This document shows positions 12,878 to 23,734 of a DNA stretch of 64,000 nucleotides, piece by piece. Numbering within the stretch: position 1 is the stretch's first letter; every line of letters begins with the position of its first letter. The position numbers and the translations under genes are program-made. Source of the DNA: Octopus sinensis (Eukaryota). The DNA is taken from positions 160,332,001 through 160,396,000 of the forward strand of contig NC_042998.1 in the NCBI RefSeq assembly GCF_006345805.1, given 5' to 3'. Under the pieces are notes generated by a model. The model had not been told where the DNA came from. It was given only the letters and a program-made list of their open reading frames with translations, and made no database searches.

Positions 12878-13110
12878 AGGGAAATGGCTTAGTGTTTAGA
12901 ATGTTGGACTCATGATGATGGTTTCATTTCCAGACCTGGGCAATGGTTTGTGTTCTTGAGCAAAATACCTCATTTTGACAGTGCTCTGTTTCACTCAGCT
13001 TGTAAAAATGAGTAATCCTGCTACAAAATGGCATCCTGTCCAAGGAGGAATATATACGCCAGAGAAACTGGGAAACTGGCTCTGTGTTACTTATGGAATA
13101 ATGCCACTAA
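12878..13110 (+). mobile_element. tRNA-derived SINE family 3 (gtgt(t/c)cttgagcaa core)
   Basis: A-box-like tggcttagtg, then tgtgttcttgagcaaaatacct; related to 24820, 46940, 52870 and 17820-18125. Confidence 0.6.
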
Positions 13111-13120
13111 CCATATTTAT

Positions 13121-13176
<56 letters not shown>

Positions 13177-13180
13177 ATTA

Positions 13181-13527
13181 GGGTTCAGCAAAAAATTTGC
13201 TTCACTACATACCGAAATTTAGAAATAGCAGTTAAAACTAGCTATTTCTCTACCATTACAAAATCTCCCAGACAGCAATACTCAACAACCCACGCAGGTA
13301 AAATAACGAATCCACCCGGCTTTGATTAACTGTATATAGTTAGAAACTAACTCTGAAATGCGTATACAGTTAATCAAAGCCGGGTGGATTCGTTATTTTT
13401 TTCTCTTTACCTGCGTGGGTTGTTGAGTATTGCTGTCTGGGAGATTTTGTTATGGTAGAGAAATAGCTAGTTTTAACTGCTATTTCTAAATTTCAGTATG
13501 TAGTGAAGCAAATTTTTTGCTGAACCC
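13181..13527. mobile_element. Palindromic MITE-like element, TA-flanked
   Basis: Arms of about 155-165 bp with few mismatches; termini TA|GGGTTCAGC..GCTGAACCC|TA; 27-bp spacer; no ORF. Confidence 0.75.
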
Positions 13528-13641
13528 TAATTATAATTATACTCATAATTAAAAAAAATTTACTGATAATGGTTCTTTTCACATACTGAACTACTTGGTA
13601 AAATTATTAATTAATTAATTAATTTTACCCTTTATTATTAT

Positions 13642-13688
<47 letters not shown>

Positions 13689-13850
13689 TATACATATGTA
13701 TGTACATTCTTCTCTATTTAGCTATTTATCTATCTATATATCTCTGTATGTATAATTGGGGTTTGTCAGTATATAGGGATATCTATATTTTTGTGTGTGC
13801 ATGTATATGTATATCTATCTATCTATCTATTTGTCTGTCTGTCTGTCTAA

Positions 13851-13886
<36 letters not shown>

Positions 13887-13914
13887 TATCTATACATATA
13901 TCTATCTATCTATC

Positions 13915-13951
<37 letters not shown>

Positions 13952-13984
13952 TTAGTTTTCACACTCTCTTTCTCAATGCCTGGT

Positions 13985-14140
13985 TGTGGTACAGGCATGG
14001 CAGTAAGGTTAAGGTGCTTGCTTACCAATCATATGGTATCATAGTTTAGTTCCATACGTGGGACCTTGTGCATGTTTCCCCTTCTAAACTGCTGGCTGCC
14101 AAAACCTTACTTGTGGATTTAGTGGAATGAACCTGAAATA
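13985..14140 (+). mobile_element. SINE family 1 (decayed head)
   Basis: ggcatggcagtaaggttaag..gcttaccaatcatatgg..gttccatacgtgggaccttg. Confidence 0.55.
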
Positions 14141-14339
14141 AGCCCCTCATATATATATATATATATATATAAATAATATACTTATTTATATATATAAATA
14201 TATTTGTTTATTTATGTAATCATTTATTTATATATGTATGTGTTTGTATGTATATATTATTTGGGTGTGTATATATAAGTACACACCAAATGATAAGATC
14301 TTACCAGGAGATTATATATATTTGTGTGTGTGTGTATAT

Positions 14340-14605
14340 ATATATACATTTTTGTATAAAATTAGTGTACTCTGAAACACAAAAAGAGGTGACCCTTAAC
14401 AGGTCGCCTTATGTGCTGGAAAGGACAGTCAAAAGTTCAAACTACAGTTAAGAACAATATTTCAAAGAGATTTTTCAATCCCTTCGAATTTGCTCTTAAC
14501 TGTGGTTTGGACTTTTGACTGTTCCTTCTAGCATGTAAGGTGACTTGTTGAGGGTCACCTCTTCTCCTGTTTAAATGTACACTAATTTTATATGGAAAAT
14601 ATGTT
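14340..14605. mobile_element. Old palindromic MITE-like element
   Basis: Imperfect inverted arms (tataaaattagtgtac..gaggtgaccct..cagtcaaaagt..cagttaaga versus its reverse complement). Confidence 0.55.
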
Positions 14606-14691
14606 GTCTATTGACTTTTTATACATCCTAGGCCAGTGGTAGAAAAATTCCTATAGTTTTGCTATCCTATATTATTTTAAGTATATATTTG

Positions 14692-14738
<47 letters not shown>

Positions 14739-14908
14739 CATACATGTGTATGTATGTATGTTTGTATATGTATGTATACATATATATGTTTGTATGTGTG
14801 TATATATATATATATGTATATTTGTATATTTCAAAATGTGACTGCATGTGTACCGTTGGCAATTTTTTTCCCTCTGTCTTCCCTTCTCTGGATCTTTCCT
14901 TCTCCTAT

Positions 14909-14943
14909 GTTTCCGACGAAGAGCTCCGCTTGAAACGTTAAAC
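14909..14943 (+). ncRNA. Minimal hammerhead motif, family E
   Basis: GTTT-CCGACGA-A-GAGC-TCC-GCTT-GAAAC-GT-T-AAAC; same layout as 33970-34007. Confidence 0.5.
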
Positions 14944-15082
14944 CCTCCTTCTTCCCTTCTTTCCTATATTTGTTCCACGTCCTCGCGTTGTTGTGTATTT
15001 TTGTGCTTTCATGTTTGGATTAACTTTATATTTGTATATGTATGTATATATATGTGTATGTATATATATATAAACATGTATG

Positions 15083-15120
<38 letters not shown>

Positions 15121-15157
15121 TATATATGTATGAATTTGTATACGTGCAGAGAACAAC

Positions 15158-15780
15158 TTCCGCCACATTTCAGGGAGAAAAACTAGAAGTAGTTGATAGC
15201 TTCCGTTACCTAGGTAACCAAGTCAGTAACAGGGAAGGGTGCGCTGAAATTGTAGCTGCTAGAATAAGAATAGCCTTGGCAAAGTTAAGAGACCTCTTAC
15301 CTCTGCTGGTGACAAAGGGCCTCTTGCTCAGAGTAAAAGGTACTGTATGACACATGTGTATGAACAGCCATGCTACATGACAGTGAAACATGGAATGTGA
15401 CTACTGAGGACGTGTGTAAGTTCACAAGGAATGAAGGCAGTATGCTCCGCTGGATGTGTAATGTCAGTGTGCATACTCAACAGAGTGTAAGTATCTTGAG
15501 AGAAAAGTTGGACCTATGAAGCATCAGATGTGGTGCGCTGGTATGGTCATGTGGCGAGAATGGAGGAAGATAGCTGTGTGAAAAAGTGCCACACCCTAGC
15601 GGTTGAGGGAACCTGTTGAAGAGGTAGACCCAGTAAGACCTGGGATGAGTTGGTGAAGCATGACCTTCGAACATTAGGCCTCAACGAGGCAATGATTAGT
15701 GACAGACCTTAGGAAATATGCAGTGTGTGAGAAGACCCGGCAAGCCAAGTGAGACCATAACCCATGGTCTATGCCCACTT
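15158..15780 (+). mobile_element. RTE-clade LINE 3' fragment
   Basis: LEVVDSFRYLG..ARIRIA..LLPLLVTKG..ETW..LRWMCNVS..WYGHVARM..RGRPSKTWDELVKHDLRTLGL. Confidence 0.85.
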
Positions 15781-15927
15781 ATGCATACCTTTCATTCATT
15801 GGACACTAAACTCTGCTTACAAAGACTTGTTGTACAGTATATATTATAGTACATATACACCTTGTTGTTTTTACACCTGTCTTCATTTTTTGTTTTCTGT
15901 AAATTTAAATCATACATACATATATAT

Positions 15928-15974
<47 letters not shown>

Positions 15975-16001
15975 GAAAAAAGCAACAAGAATGGATTAAA
16001 A

Positions 16002-16089
16002 TCTCGGTACGATCGTTTCGTACGAGGACATCTTTAATAAGCTACAAAAAATGCAGTGAATACAGATGGCTCGTACTCGTCAGCCGAAA
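16002..16089 (-). ncRNA. Canonical type I hammerhead ribozyme (left copy)
   Basis: Exact reverse complement of 16522-16609. Confidence 0.8.
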
Positions 16090-16521
16090 AAATAACAGAG
16101 AATTCCCAAACATCAAAAGGGGTAGATATAAAAGAGGTTGTAGGATTAACAGCATTGAAGAAAGTTCGATTCATGGAGATCTGATGAAAGGTTTTAAACC
16201 TATAGAATTTATGCATGTCTACATATAGCTCTTCTACACGACATGACAGTCACTATGCTTTTACTCAGACTTTCCTCTACATGATGTGGCAGTCACTTTG
16301 CCTCTTACTCGGACTTTCAGAAATTTTGCATGTCTGTATCCGAAAATTTCTTCATACAACTTGATCAAATATCCAATATGAGCTATATGTAGACATGCAT
16401 AAATTCTATAGGTTTAAAACCTTTCATCAGATCTCCATGAATCGAACTTTCTTCAATGCAGTTAATCCTACAACCTCTTTTATATCTACCCCTTTTGATG
16501 TTTGGGAATTCTCTGATATTT

Positions 16522-16609
16522 TTTCGGCTGACGAGTACGAGCCATCTGTATTCACTGCATTTTTTGTAGCTTATTAAAGATGTCCTCGTACGAAACGATC
16601 GTACCGAGA
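16522..16609 (+). ncRNA. Canonical type I hammerhead ribozyme (right copy)
   Basis: Stem I TTTCGG/CCGAGA; core CTGACGA (16528-16534); stem II GTACGAG/CTCGTAC; GAAAC; palindromic stem III ACGATCGT; GTA triplet, predicted cut after 16603. Confidence 0.85.
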
Positions 16610-16933
16610 TTTTAATCCATTCTTGTTGCTTTTTTCCTATTTATAATCACCCCACTTGTCGTATGGCTAACACCATATAGATATCCGGTGCATCCTAGTT
16701 AAGGACCATATTCATGTGAATTCTTTAGAATTCACTAGAATCTCAATTACTTAACCGTATATATATATATATGTAATATAGTGGTGCGAACAGGAAAAAT
16801 AGAACTAAATAAAGTGAGTATGTATATTTTTATTAATATTTAACAGAAATAAATATTAATTAAACTCTTGGACCTTGAGTCACTCGGTTACTTCTGCTAT
16901 ATATATATATGAAATATAATATGTGACTACCTC

Positions 16934-17085
16934 GATAACTGATGAGATGCCGGAGCAGGTTTCCGCCCCGACATCTGAAACTCGGAGTCCTATTATGGCA
17001 ACCGAATAATTGTCACATATTATATTACAGATAAATTCCTCTATTTACATAATATCGAGGTCTCTTTCATTCTTTTGTTGCCTTA
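16934..17085 (+). ncRNA. Hammerhead motif, family A, solo copy with its flanking repeat
   Basis: GATAA-CTGATGA-GATG..CATC-T-GAAAC-TCGGAGT-C; the 3' flank matches the reverse complement of about 3280-3360. Confidence 0.6.
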
Positions 17086-17509
17086 CCATTACTATCAATA
17101 TATATATATACCTGTGTGTGTATCCATCCATCCATCTAGTAGTGGGGTCTAGGTATGGAAGTTTCAAGGTGTGTGGAACAACTTCTTATTCACTATTGTT
17201 CCCAGTTCTACTCTGACCTGGAGTAGTAGCATCTGTCTGGGTCTCAAGTATGGGTGAACTAGCATGCAAACTACTGGAAGTGAAGGGCCCATAGTTCTCA
17301 TTACGACTTTCTTCTATTAGACAGTAAACTTGTATGAAAAACCTTATTGTCTGTTGCACCATTAGCTTTATAGCTGATTGCACTAGAAGGTAGGTTCATT
17401 ACTGTGCAAAACTTTATTCACTCAAAACAAATTCATGCATAGGAACTTTCTGGACTCTCAGAACATTTGCATAGACTTACTGAATTAAAGAAGTGGCCTT
17501 ACTAGGTCA

Positions 17510-18125
17510 TGATTTAATTTCCCCTATATGAATGACCATGGGATTGCACCTAGACGGTTAGCATCTTTACCTTTTGGCCGACAGATTTAAAAAATAATTT
17601 TTTGACAAACAACAGCAGTAATTTTATTCAGTTGAATACATGTCATCGCTTGGTTGAAATTACCGAAATACTACAACTTTAACAAGAAATAACTTCCAAA
17701 ATGCAGAATTTTCTCAACAACGCCAAGAGTAAAAGATGTTTTATGTGACACATTCTACCATTATATGAAGTTTGAAAGTGTTTAGTTACAAAAGATTATT
17801 TTTTGAATCTGTCAGTCAAAAGGTAAAGATCCGAAAGTTACCCTCCGAGGCACAAGTCCGGGCAAGGTTGTTTGTGGAAGGCCAGCAGTCACCCATGCAT
17901 ACCAGCCTCCCCTCTCCACACTACTGATATTATCCAAAGGAAAGGCAAAGGCCGATACAGCTTCGCACCAGTGATGTCACAACTCATTTCTACAGCTGAA
18001 TTAACGGGAGCAACATCAAATAAAGCGTCTTGCTCAAGAACACAGCACGCAGCCCAGTGCGGGAATCCAACTCATAACCTCAGGATCATAAGCGCGATGC
18101 TCTAACCACTGAGCCATGCACCCTA
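17510..18125 (-). mobile_element. SINE family 3 interrupted by a MITE
   Basis: Colinear with the reverse complement of 46940-47245; cacctag|aaagttaccc is split by the insert. Confidence 0.75.
17555..17833. mobile_element. MITE with about 36-bp TIRs
   Basis: atctttaccttttggccgacagatttaaaaaataat versus attattttttgaatctgtcagtcaaaaggtaaagat. Confidence 0.7.
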
Positions 18126-18169
18126 TATATGTGTGATATAAATGAGAAAGAGAATCATTTTTCTTATTT

Positions 18170-18690
18170 GTTTAAACTGTTCTGATTGATGCCAAGAACA
18201 GGACAGGGAGGACCAGAGACCCAAAGACCCGAACCTTTTTCCTCATACACAGATATCAACAGCACCAAACACCCTTGTCCAGTGGATCCATAACTGCTCC
18301 AGCTTGTCCAAGTTTGTTTAGGGCTTCAGACTTGCAGCTGATGCCTCTATGAACTCCTTTGGTACCAGAACACATCATAGGATTATTGATTACCATTGGC
18401 TGGAGTTTGTATCTAGCCAACAACTCTACTCAGAAACTGGGATGAGTCCTGTTACTTGTATGATTCAGGAGTGCCAGCTCAGATTGTTTGGTCATGTTGC
18501 TTGAATTTCAGAGTTAAACCCTGCTTCTCTTCACTGAGGTTCTGGGTGGGTTGACAGCTTGTGTTAGTTGACCACATGCCATATGATCACAACAGATGAG
18601 GAGGTCATCCGGAAGGACCTGGGAATATGCTGACAAATGGTGAATGCAGTAATACACGAGAATGACACATGCTCCCACACCTGACCTGAT
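18170..18690 (+). mobile_element. Decayed RTE-type LINE 3' fragment
   Basis: NSFGTRTHHRIIDYHWLEFVSSQQLYSETGMSPVTCMIQECQLRLFGHVA. Confidence 0.7.
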
Positions 18691-18807
18691 TGATGCTGGC
18701 TGCTTTTAGAGTTGTTGCTGATACTTAAGATGCTCTAATAGACATTTAAAAATGTCTCAGAGATTATAGAAAATATTTCTTTATATCTCATTTCAATTCC
18801 AGTTTAA

Positions 18808-19020
18808 CTCTCTAGCGTTCACATTATTCTGTTAAAAGCAATGTTTATTTATTCACATGTCTTTAATCATGCATTATCTTGTAGCTTTGAGATTTTGATG
18901 AGGTAACTGTTAAATTTTAGAATGATATTGTAGGGTTGGTGTGTGAGGCCACATCTGGCCAGTTAGTACATAAAACAGGTAGAATATTTGAGCCGGATGT
19001 GGTGTTTAAATACTAAAGGG
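18808..19020. mobile_element. piggyBac-type MITE
   Basis: TTAA flanks on both sides; termini CTCTCTAGCGTT..AATACTAAAGGG. Confidence 0.6.
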
Positions 19021-19597
19021 TTAAAGTGGTTCCTTTAGATTGTTAATTGAAACCAAAATGTAATTTAGTGATGTGTAAACATTTTGAAAGCTCATGATGT
19101 CTATGTATATCTGTATAAGTAAAATGTACACCAGTGTGTTACAAAGGCTTCATCAGGCTGAAGATTGAAGGTTGTAAAATGTTTGTGAGATACGTGAGGC
19201 TGTTCGTGTACAACACAGTCAGCACTGTATGGAAGAAAAAAAAAGAGTGGCAATACTTGAATAGTTTATGAAACAAAAGTGAGATGGTCATGGCTGGAAT
19301 ATCCTTAATCCAGAATTGATCTGGGGTTAAACAGCTACAGCAATAACAACTACAGCACACTGTTTACTTTACTGATTCTATTTCTAATATTGTCATTTCA
19401 GCCACTTCATGGTACCAGTTGTGGTCAAATACTTAGTTATTCAACTACAATAGTCTTAATCTAGCATTTAAGAATAGCCAATGGATTTTTCTGTTAACCT
19501 TTATCTTCCAAAAAGTAGTGTAAGACTTTACAAACTATTTATAGCTTTCTTAATGGATGTATATTTATGAATGAATGACTGAATGTGTGCACGCACA

Positions 19598-19645
<48 letters not shown>

Positions 19646-20539
19646 CACACACTTGTGCGAGTGGTTTTTTCCAGTCCCCTTTAACATAAATGCAAGCTGG
19701 GGCTTAAAACTTTGAGAGGAGTACATTAAACCATAAGCTCTATGGGAGGTTGTTAAGGTCTTTCAATTTTACCCTTTTAGTAGATATGAAACCTAAGATT
19801 GAAATAAAACATTAGCTCTAAGCAGGAAATGACCTTTGTACCAATGGGAGCTGTTCTTGTTCCCTGCTACTGTCAGGCTTGTTTTTATCTGAGTTTATTC
19901 TAGTACAAAACACCACATTAAAAAAAAAATGGACATAGTTTATTCCTATTTCATTTCACCCTTCCTTTCAATGTATAGTCATCTGGGTAAATTTTTTTTC
20001 TGTAAATACATGAATGCTTTTCTTTTTACACATTTTAATTTTTAATCCCTGTTGCTTTAATGTAATTGTTATTTTTTTTTAGTGAGTTAGTTTAGTGGTT
20101 TCAAGAGTCCTAGACTTGCATTTGCTTTTTAATTATGAGGTCTTGCATTTGATCCCATTGTGGCACACCTTGGGCAATTATCTTTTGTCATAACATTTTA
20201 AGTGATATTGGATATAAATGAATGGTATGAAAGCCTGTAATTCAAAGGACTAAACCTTTCACTTGCTCTGTCACAGGCATTTCATTGTTCATGGCATACT
20301 CAGTCATTTATATATTTTAATTGACCGATTAGATAGTTTCTTCTGGTTCAAACAACTGGATTATTATTGTTAGAACCAACAGGAGATCCATTTATATTTT
20401 ACTTATGAAGGTTTATTCCAAATTAATTTGTCTTGGCAGTTTTGTGGACCCTGCACTCTTGTTCTTAGCATGAAGGGAATAGATATGACAAAATTCCATT
20501 AAATGTGTGAAAAATCATAAATGAAACAAGTCTTTTATA

Positions 20540-21355
20540 ATTGTTGATATTGCAGTATTGCAAGATTGCTACTGTGGTTGACGAGGGGGGATATTATCAG
20601 AAAGGACATACTCATGGTCTTTTCCCAGTGGTTAGCTTATTCACTGAAGAGTATTTGATGAGAAAATCTGTCTTTTTTTTTATTCTAACCATCATAGCTA
20701 ATGTTTCATCATCATTGATTCTATGCTTTGACTGTTGGTTTTGGTTTTTCCTAAGACAACATTGATGATTATGTAGTCTTTTCATTTGATGTTTAAGATA
20801 GTATGAAGCATTTATTGCTGGAAGTGCTCCAGCTTTGTGTTGTTCTGACAATAAAGTGTCCATATTTCACAACCATATAATGATTTTGAGATGATAACAG
20901 CTTGATAGACCATTGGTTTCATTTTTGGGTTAGCTGTTTGTTCTTAATGATCTAATTTGTTAGTTTTCCAAAAGATGAACTGGTGGAGAAAAAAAAAATT
21001 CTGTTACACATCCTTTTCCAAAGTATATTTGTTGGAAAGAATATTTCCAATATTGGGTAAGAGGTCATGTTGTTTTAGAGATCTATCAGATGGTTATATT
21101 GAAATGAAAGAGGTTGGTTTACAGAACAAGATGGTCAAGGACTTTAGTCTTCACTGGGAGATAGAAATGATTCTATGCACTGGTGAAATTGTTGACTGAT
21201 TTTTGGGAGTTCCTGATGTGTGTAACAGAGTAATTTTGCCATCTCATGTTGAGATGTATTGGATGATAGTAAATTGATGAGATCAAAATCTGGTTTTGTT
21301 AAATAGTCCACCATCAAAATGGTAAATTATGTCAACTCTTGGATTACCTGAAAGA
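20540..21355 (-). mobile_element. Decayed RTE (BovB-like) LINE RT/3' fragment
   Basis: YQAVIISKSLYGCEIWTLY..LEHFQQ..ILNIKWKD..SIESMMMKH; upstream remnants of the RT core. Confidence 0.7.
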
Positions 21356-21362
21356 AGTTTAA

Positions 21363-21562
21363 CCCTTTTGTTACCAACCCAGCTGAAACTGGCTCTTGTT
21401 TTCATAAGTTTTCAATTAAAATTTTCCATCAAACCTTAGTCACAATTTATGTTCCTAACATTAGCTGAATGGTAACTAAGATATTTTATTAAATTCTTTG
21501 TTATATTTAAAGTAATTGAAAGAAACACAGAGCATCTCAAAATAAATACAGTAATGAAAGGG
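21363..21562. mobile_element. piggyBac-type MITE
   Basis: TTAA|CCCTTTTGTTAC..GTAATGAAAGGG|TTAA. Confidence 0.7.
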
Positions 21563-21599
21563 TTAAAAAGCATGGAAGACAAGTATAAGGAAAAGAGTA

Positions 21600-22345
21600 G
21601 ATACAAGAGTGCAACCCTGTTTCAGTTCAGAACCACAAAGATATAATGAGCTACATGACTAATCTATTGTGATTTGAGTAATCTCCAGCATTGTGGAGTT
21701 TGTCAGGTCCTTCATCTACTTGGGCTCCACAGTCGCCAACAATAGAGACCTGTTCCTAGAGATCTATCACCTATGATGGTCTGGCCGTTGGGGGAATATA
21801 CTCCCTAAGGAAGCCTCTTTAGCACCACTGCTCTATCTCCTGGCAGAGAAAGCTCTGCATCTACAATACATCAGCCCTCTCTATTCTATTCTATAGAGCA
21901 GAAATGTGGCCCTTTTTGAAGACCCTAGCAAAGAGGATTGATGGTTTCAATAGTGGAGCCCTGAGAACTATTGAGAACATCAGATGGTATCAGCCATTTT
22001 CAGAAAAGAACTGTGTGCATGCACACATCTGCCCACAGCCTCCCACCTCATAGCTATCCATTGCATGCACTGGTGCAAATATGTCTTCCATCTCCTGCTA
22101 GATCATCCTACCAGGGCTTTACTCTACTCTCATTTGATGCAACAGCTGTGGGCAGGAAGAGGCCTTGTGACAGGTCCCACACCAGCTGGCTGAATGTGAT
22201 GAGGGAAGATTTTCAGAGGTTCAACATTACTTTGGGGGATGCAGAGGGGTTGGCACAGAACTGCCAGAGATGGAGAGCACTGGTGGACTTGGTTGGCTCT
22301 ATGCATTATGACATCTCTGGGATCGCTAACGTAGGGTGACCCCAG
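21600..22345 (+). mobile_element. Decayed RTE-type LINE 3' fragment
   Basis: YLGS..KLCIYNTSALSIL..AEMWP..RIDGFNSGALRTIENIRWYQ..RKRP..TSWLNVMREDF..AQNCQRWRALV. Confidence 0.75.
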
Positions 22346-22829
22346 CCTTATCAAGCAAGAACATGAAGTGAAGTGAAGCAAAGGTACCATGTTTATAGTG
22401 TTATAAGAAATTACTTATTGATATATTTTCATGCACAGTAAACATGCTGCTATTTCCATCTCAAATCAGTTTTGGTGTGATGTTGTGAAAATTAGTGAAC
22501 TGTGATATATGGTTGGAACAGACATCTGAAGACTTGAACTTACTACTGTTGTGGACATATTTACTTATCACAAACACAAAAATTAGTGTTAAAAAACTTT
22601 AAATATAAGCATATCAAAAATATGTCTTTATGAAAATTGACATAGGCAAAATAAGAAATAGCTGTGCTGTATATTTTGGTTGACATCCCTTGATTCAGTT
22701 AGAATGATTTCAAATGTTTCTACAAAACTTTAGTTCCAAATCTAGAGCCAGCAATATCTGACATTTTAAAAGTTTAAAGGAACAAAGCAGTTTAATATTT
22801 CATACTGACCTGTTCCAAGTTACACTCAC

Positions 22830-22880
22830 AGACGAAATTTTAGCTTTGAGAGTTCTCTCAGTGACCAGTGAAAAAGAAGA
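22830..22880 (-). CDS. Candidate 51-nt internal exon (unidentified)
   Basis: (TC)n polypyrimidine tract + CAG acceptor and GTGAGT donor; two open frames (SSFSLVTERTLKAKISS or LLFHWSLRELSKLKFR); no recognised homology. Confidence 0.2.
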
Positions 22881-23734
22881 CTGAGAGAGAGAGAGAGAGA
22901 GAGGGAGACACATATGCACGCACATGCACAAACACACACATGCACATTATTTTATTTATAAGATAATGTTCCTTGGTGACTGTCATCAAAATATCATCAC
23001 TGCTGTTGTCATCACTATGAGAATAATCATCACAGTCATAAAGCTCTACTGTTGTACCAATACTCCTACTATACCACTAGCAGCCCTACCACTACCATCA
23101 GCAGGAGTTCTACCACCGCAAGCACCACCACATCATTCACACAGCTTGTTCATTTTTAAACAAGTTGCACACAAGAGATATAATGCATCTTATTTAGATT
23201 TATAATTATTCAGTTACATAATTTTGCTTGATATTTATTCATCTAACTTAACAGACTTCACATAACTAGCCAAATCTGAGTTAAAATTTGATGGTAAGCT
23301 AGGAACAGGCAGGTATCACACTGGTAAATCCAATGTATTGGTCTAGTGAAGAGTAAATTATAATCAAAATAAGACAAAGGAAGTTTAGCACCACTTTAAT
23401 GACTACTCACAATTGTTTTGTTACCACACTGTTTTTAATGTCATTGCATGCAAAAGTTCCATGTGGAAAGTTATGTAACATATGCAGTTTTATACTTTAG
23501 AGTGGCTCTTCAAACTTTCGCACCATAAGGTGTGTTCATAAAATGGTGTTCAAAGGTGGTACTGAAATATTTGTAACTGGTCATTAAAGATGCGCTAAGC
23601 TCTTTCCTTGTCCCATTGTTTGGGTTGCAGCTCTCTGGCTTACCAGTTCCTGTCAGATCGTCTAACCCATGTCAGTATGGAAAGCAGATGTTAAATGATG
23701 ATGATGATATCCAAATTTAGTGAATGGAGCAGGT

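Larger units (their letters stand above)
15966..16645. mobile_element. Young inverted-repeat element (266-bp arms) carrying two intact hammerheads; probable PLE pLTR inversion or retrozyme
   Basis: Arms 15966-16231 and 16380-16645 differ by about 2-3 changes; embedded next to (TA)n. Confidence 0.8.

Noticed and set aside
13178-13184. TTAGGG at the MITE ends as a telomeric signal
   Set aside because: Single hexamer, not an array.
16183-16215. Second CTGATGA followed by an AGGTTT/AAACCT hairpin in the 16-kb arms
   Set aside because: No GAAAC or stem III/NUH follows, so it is not a hammerhead.
16065-16228. Short ORF beginning MARTRQPK (histone H3-like start)
   Set aside because: Similarity stops after about 5 residues, and the ORF lies antisense to the hammerhead within the repeat arm.
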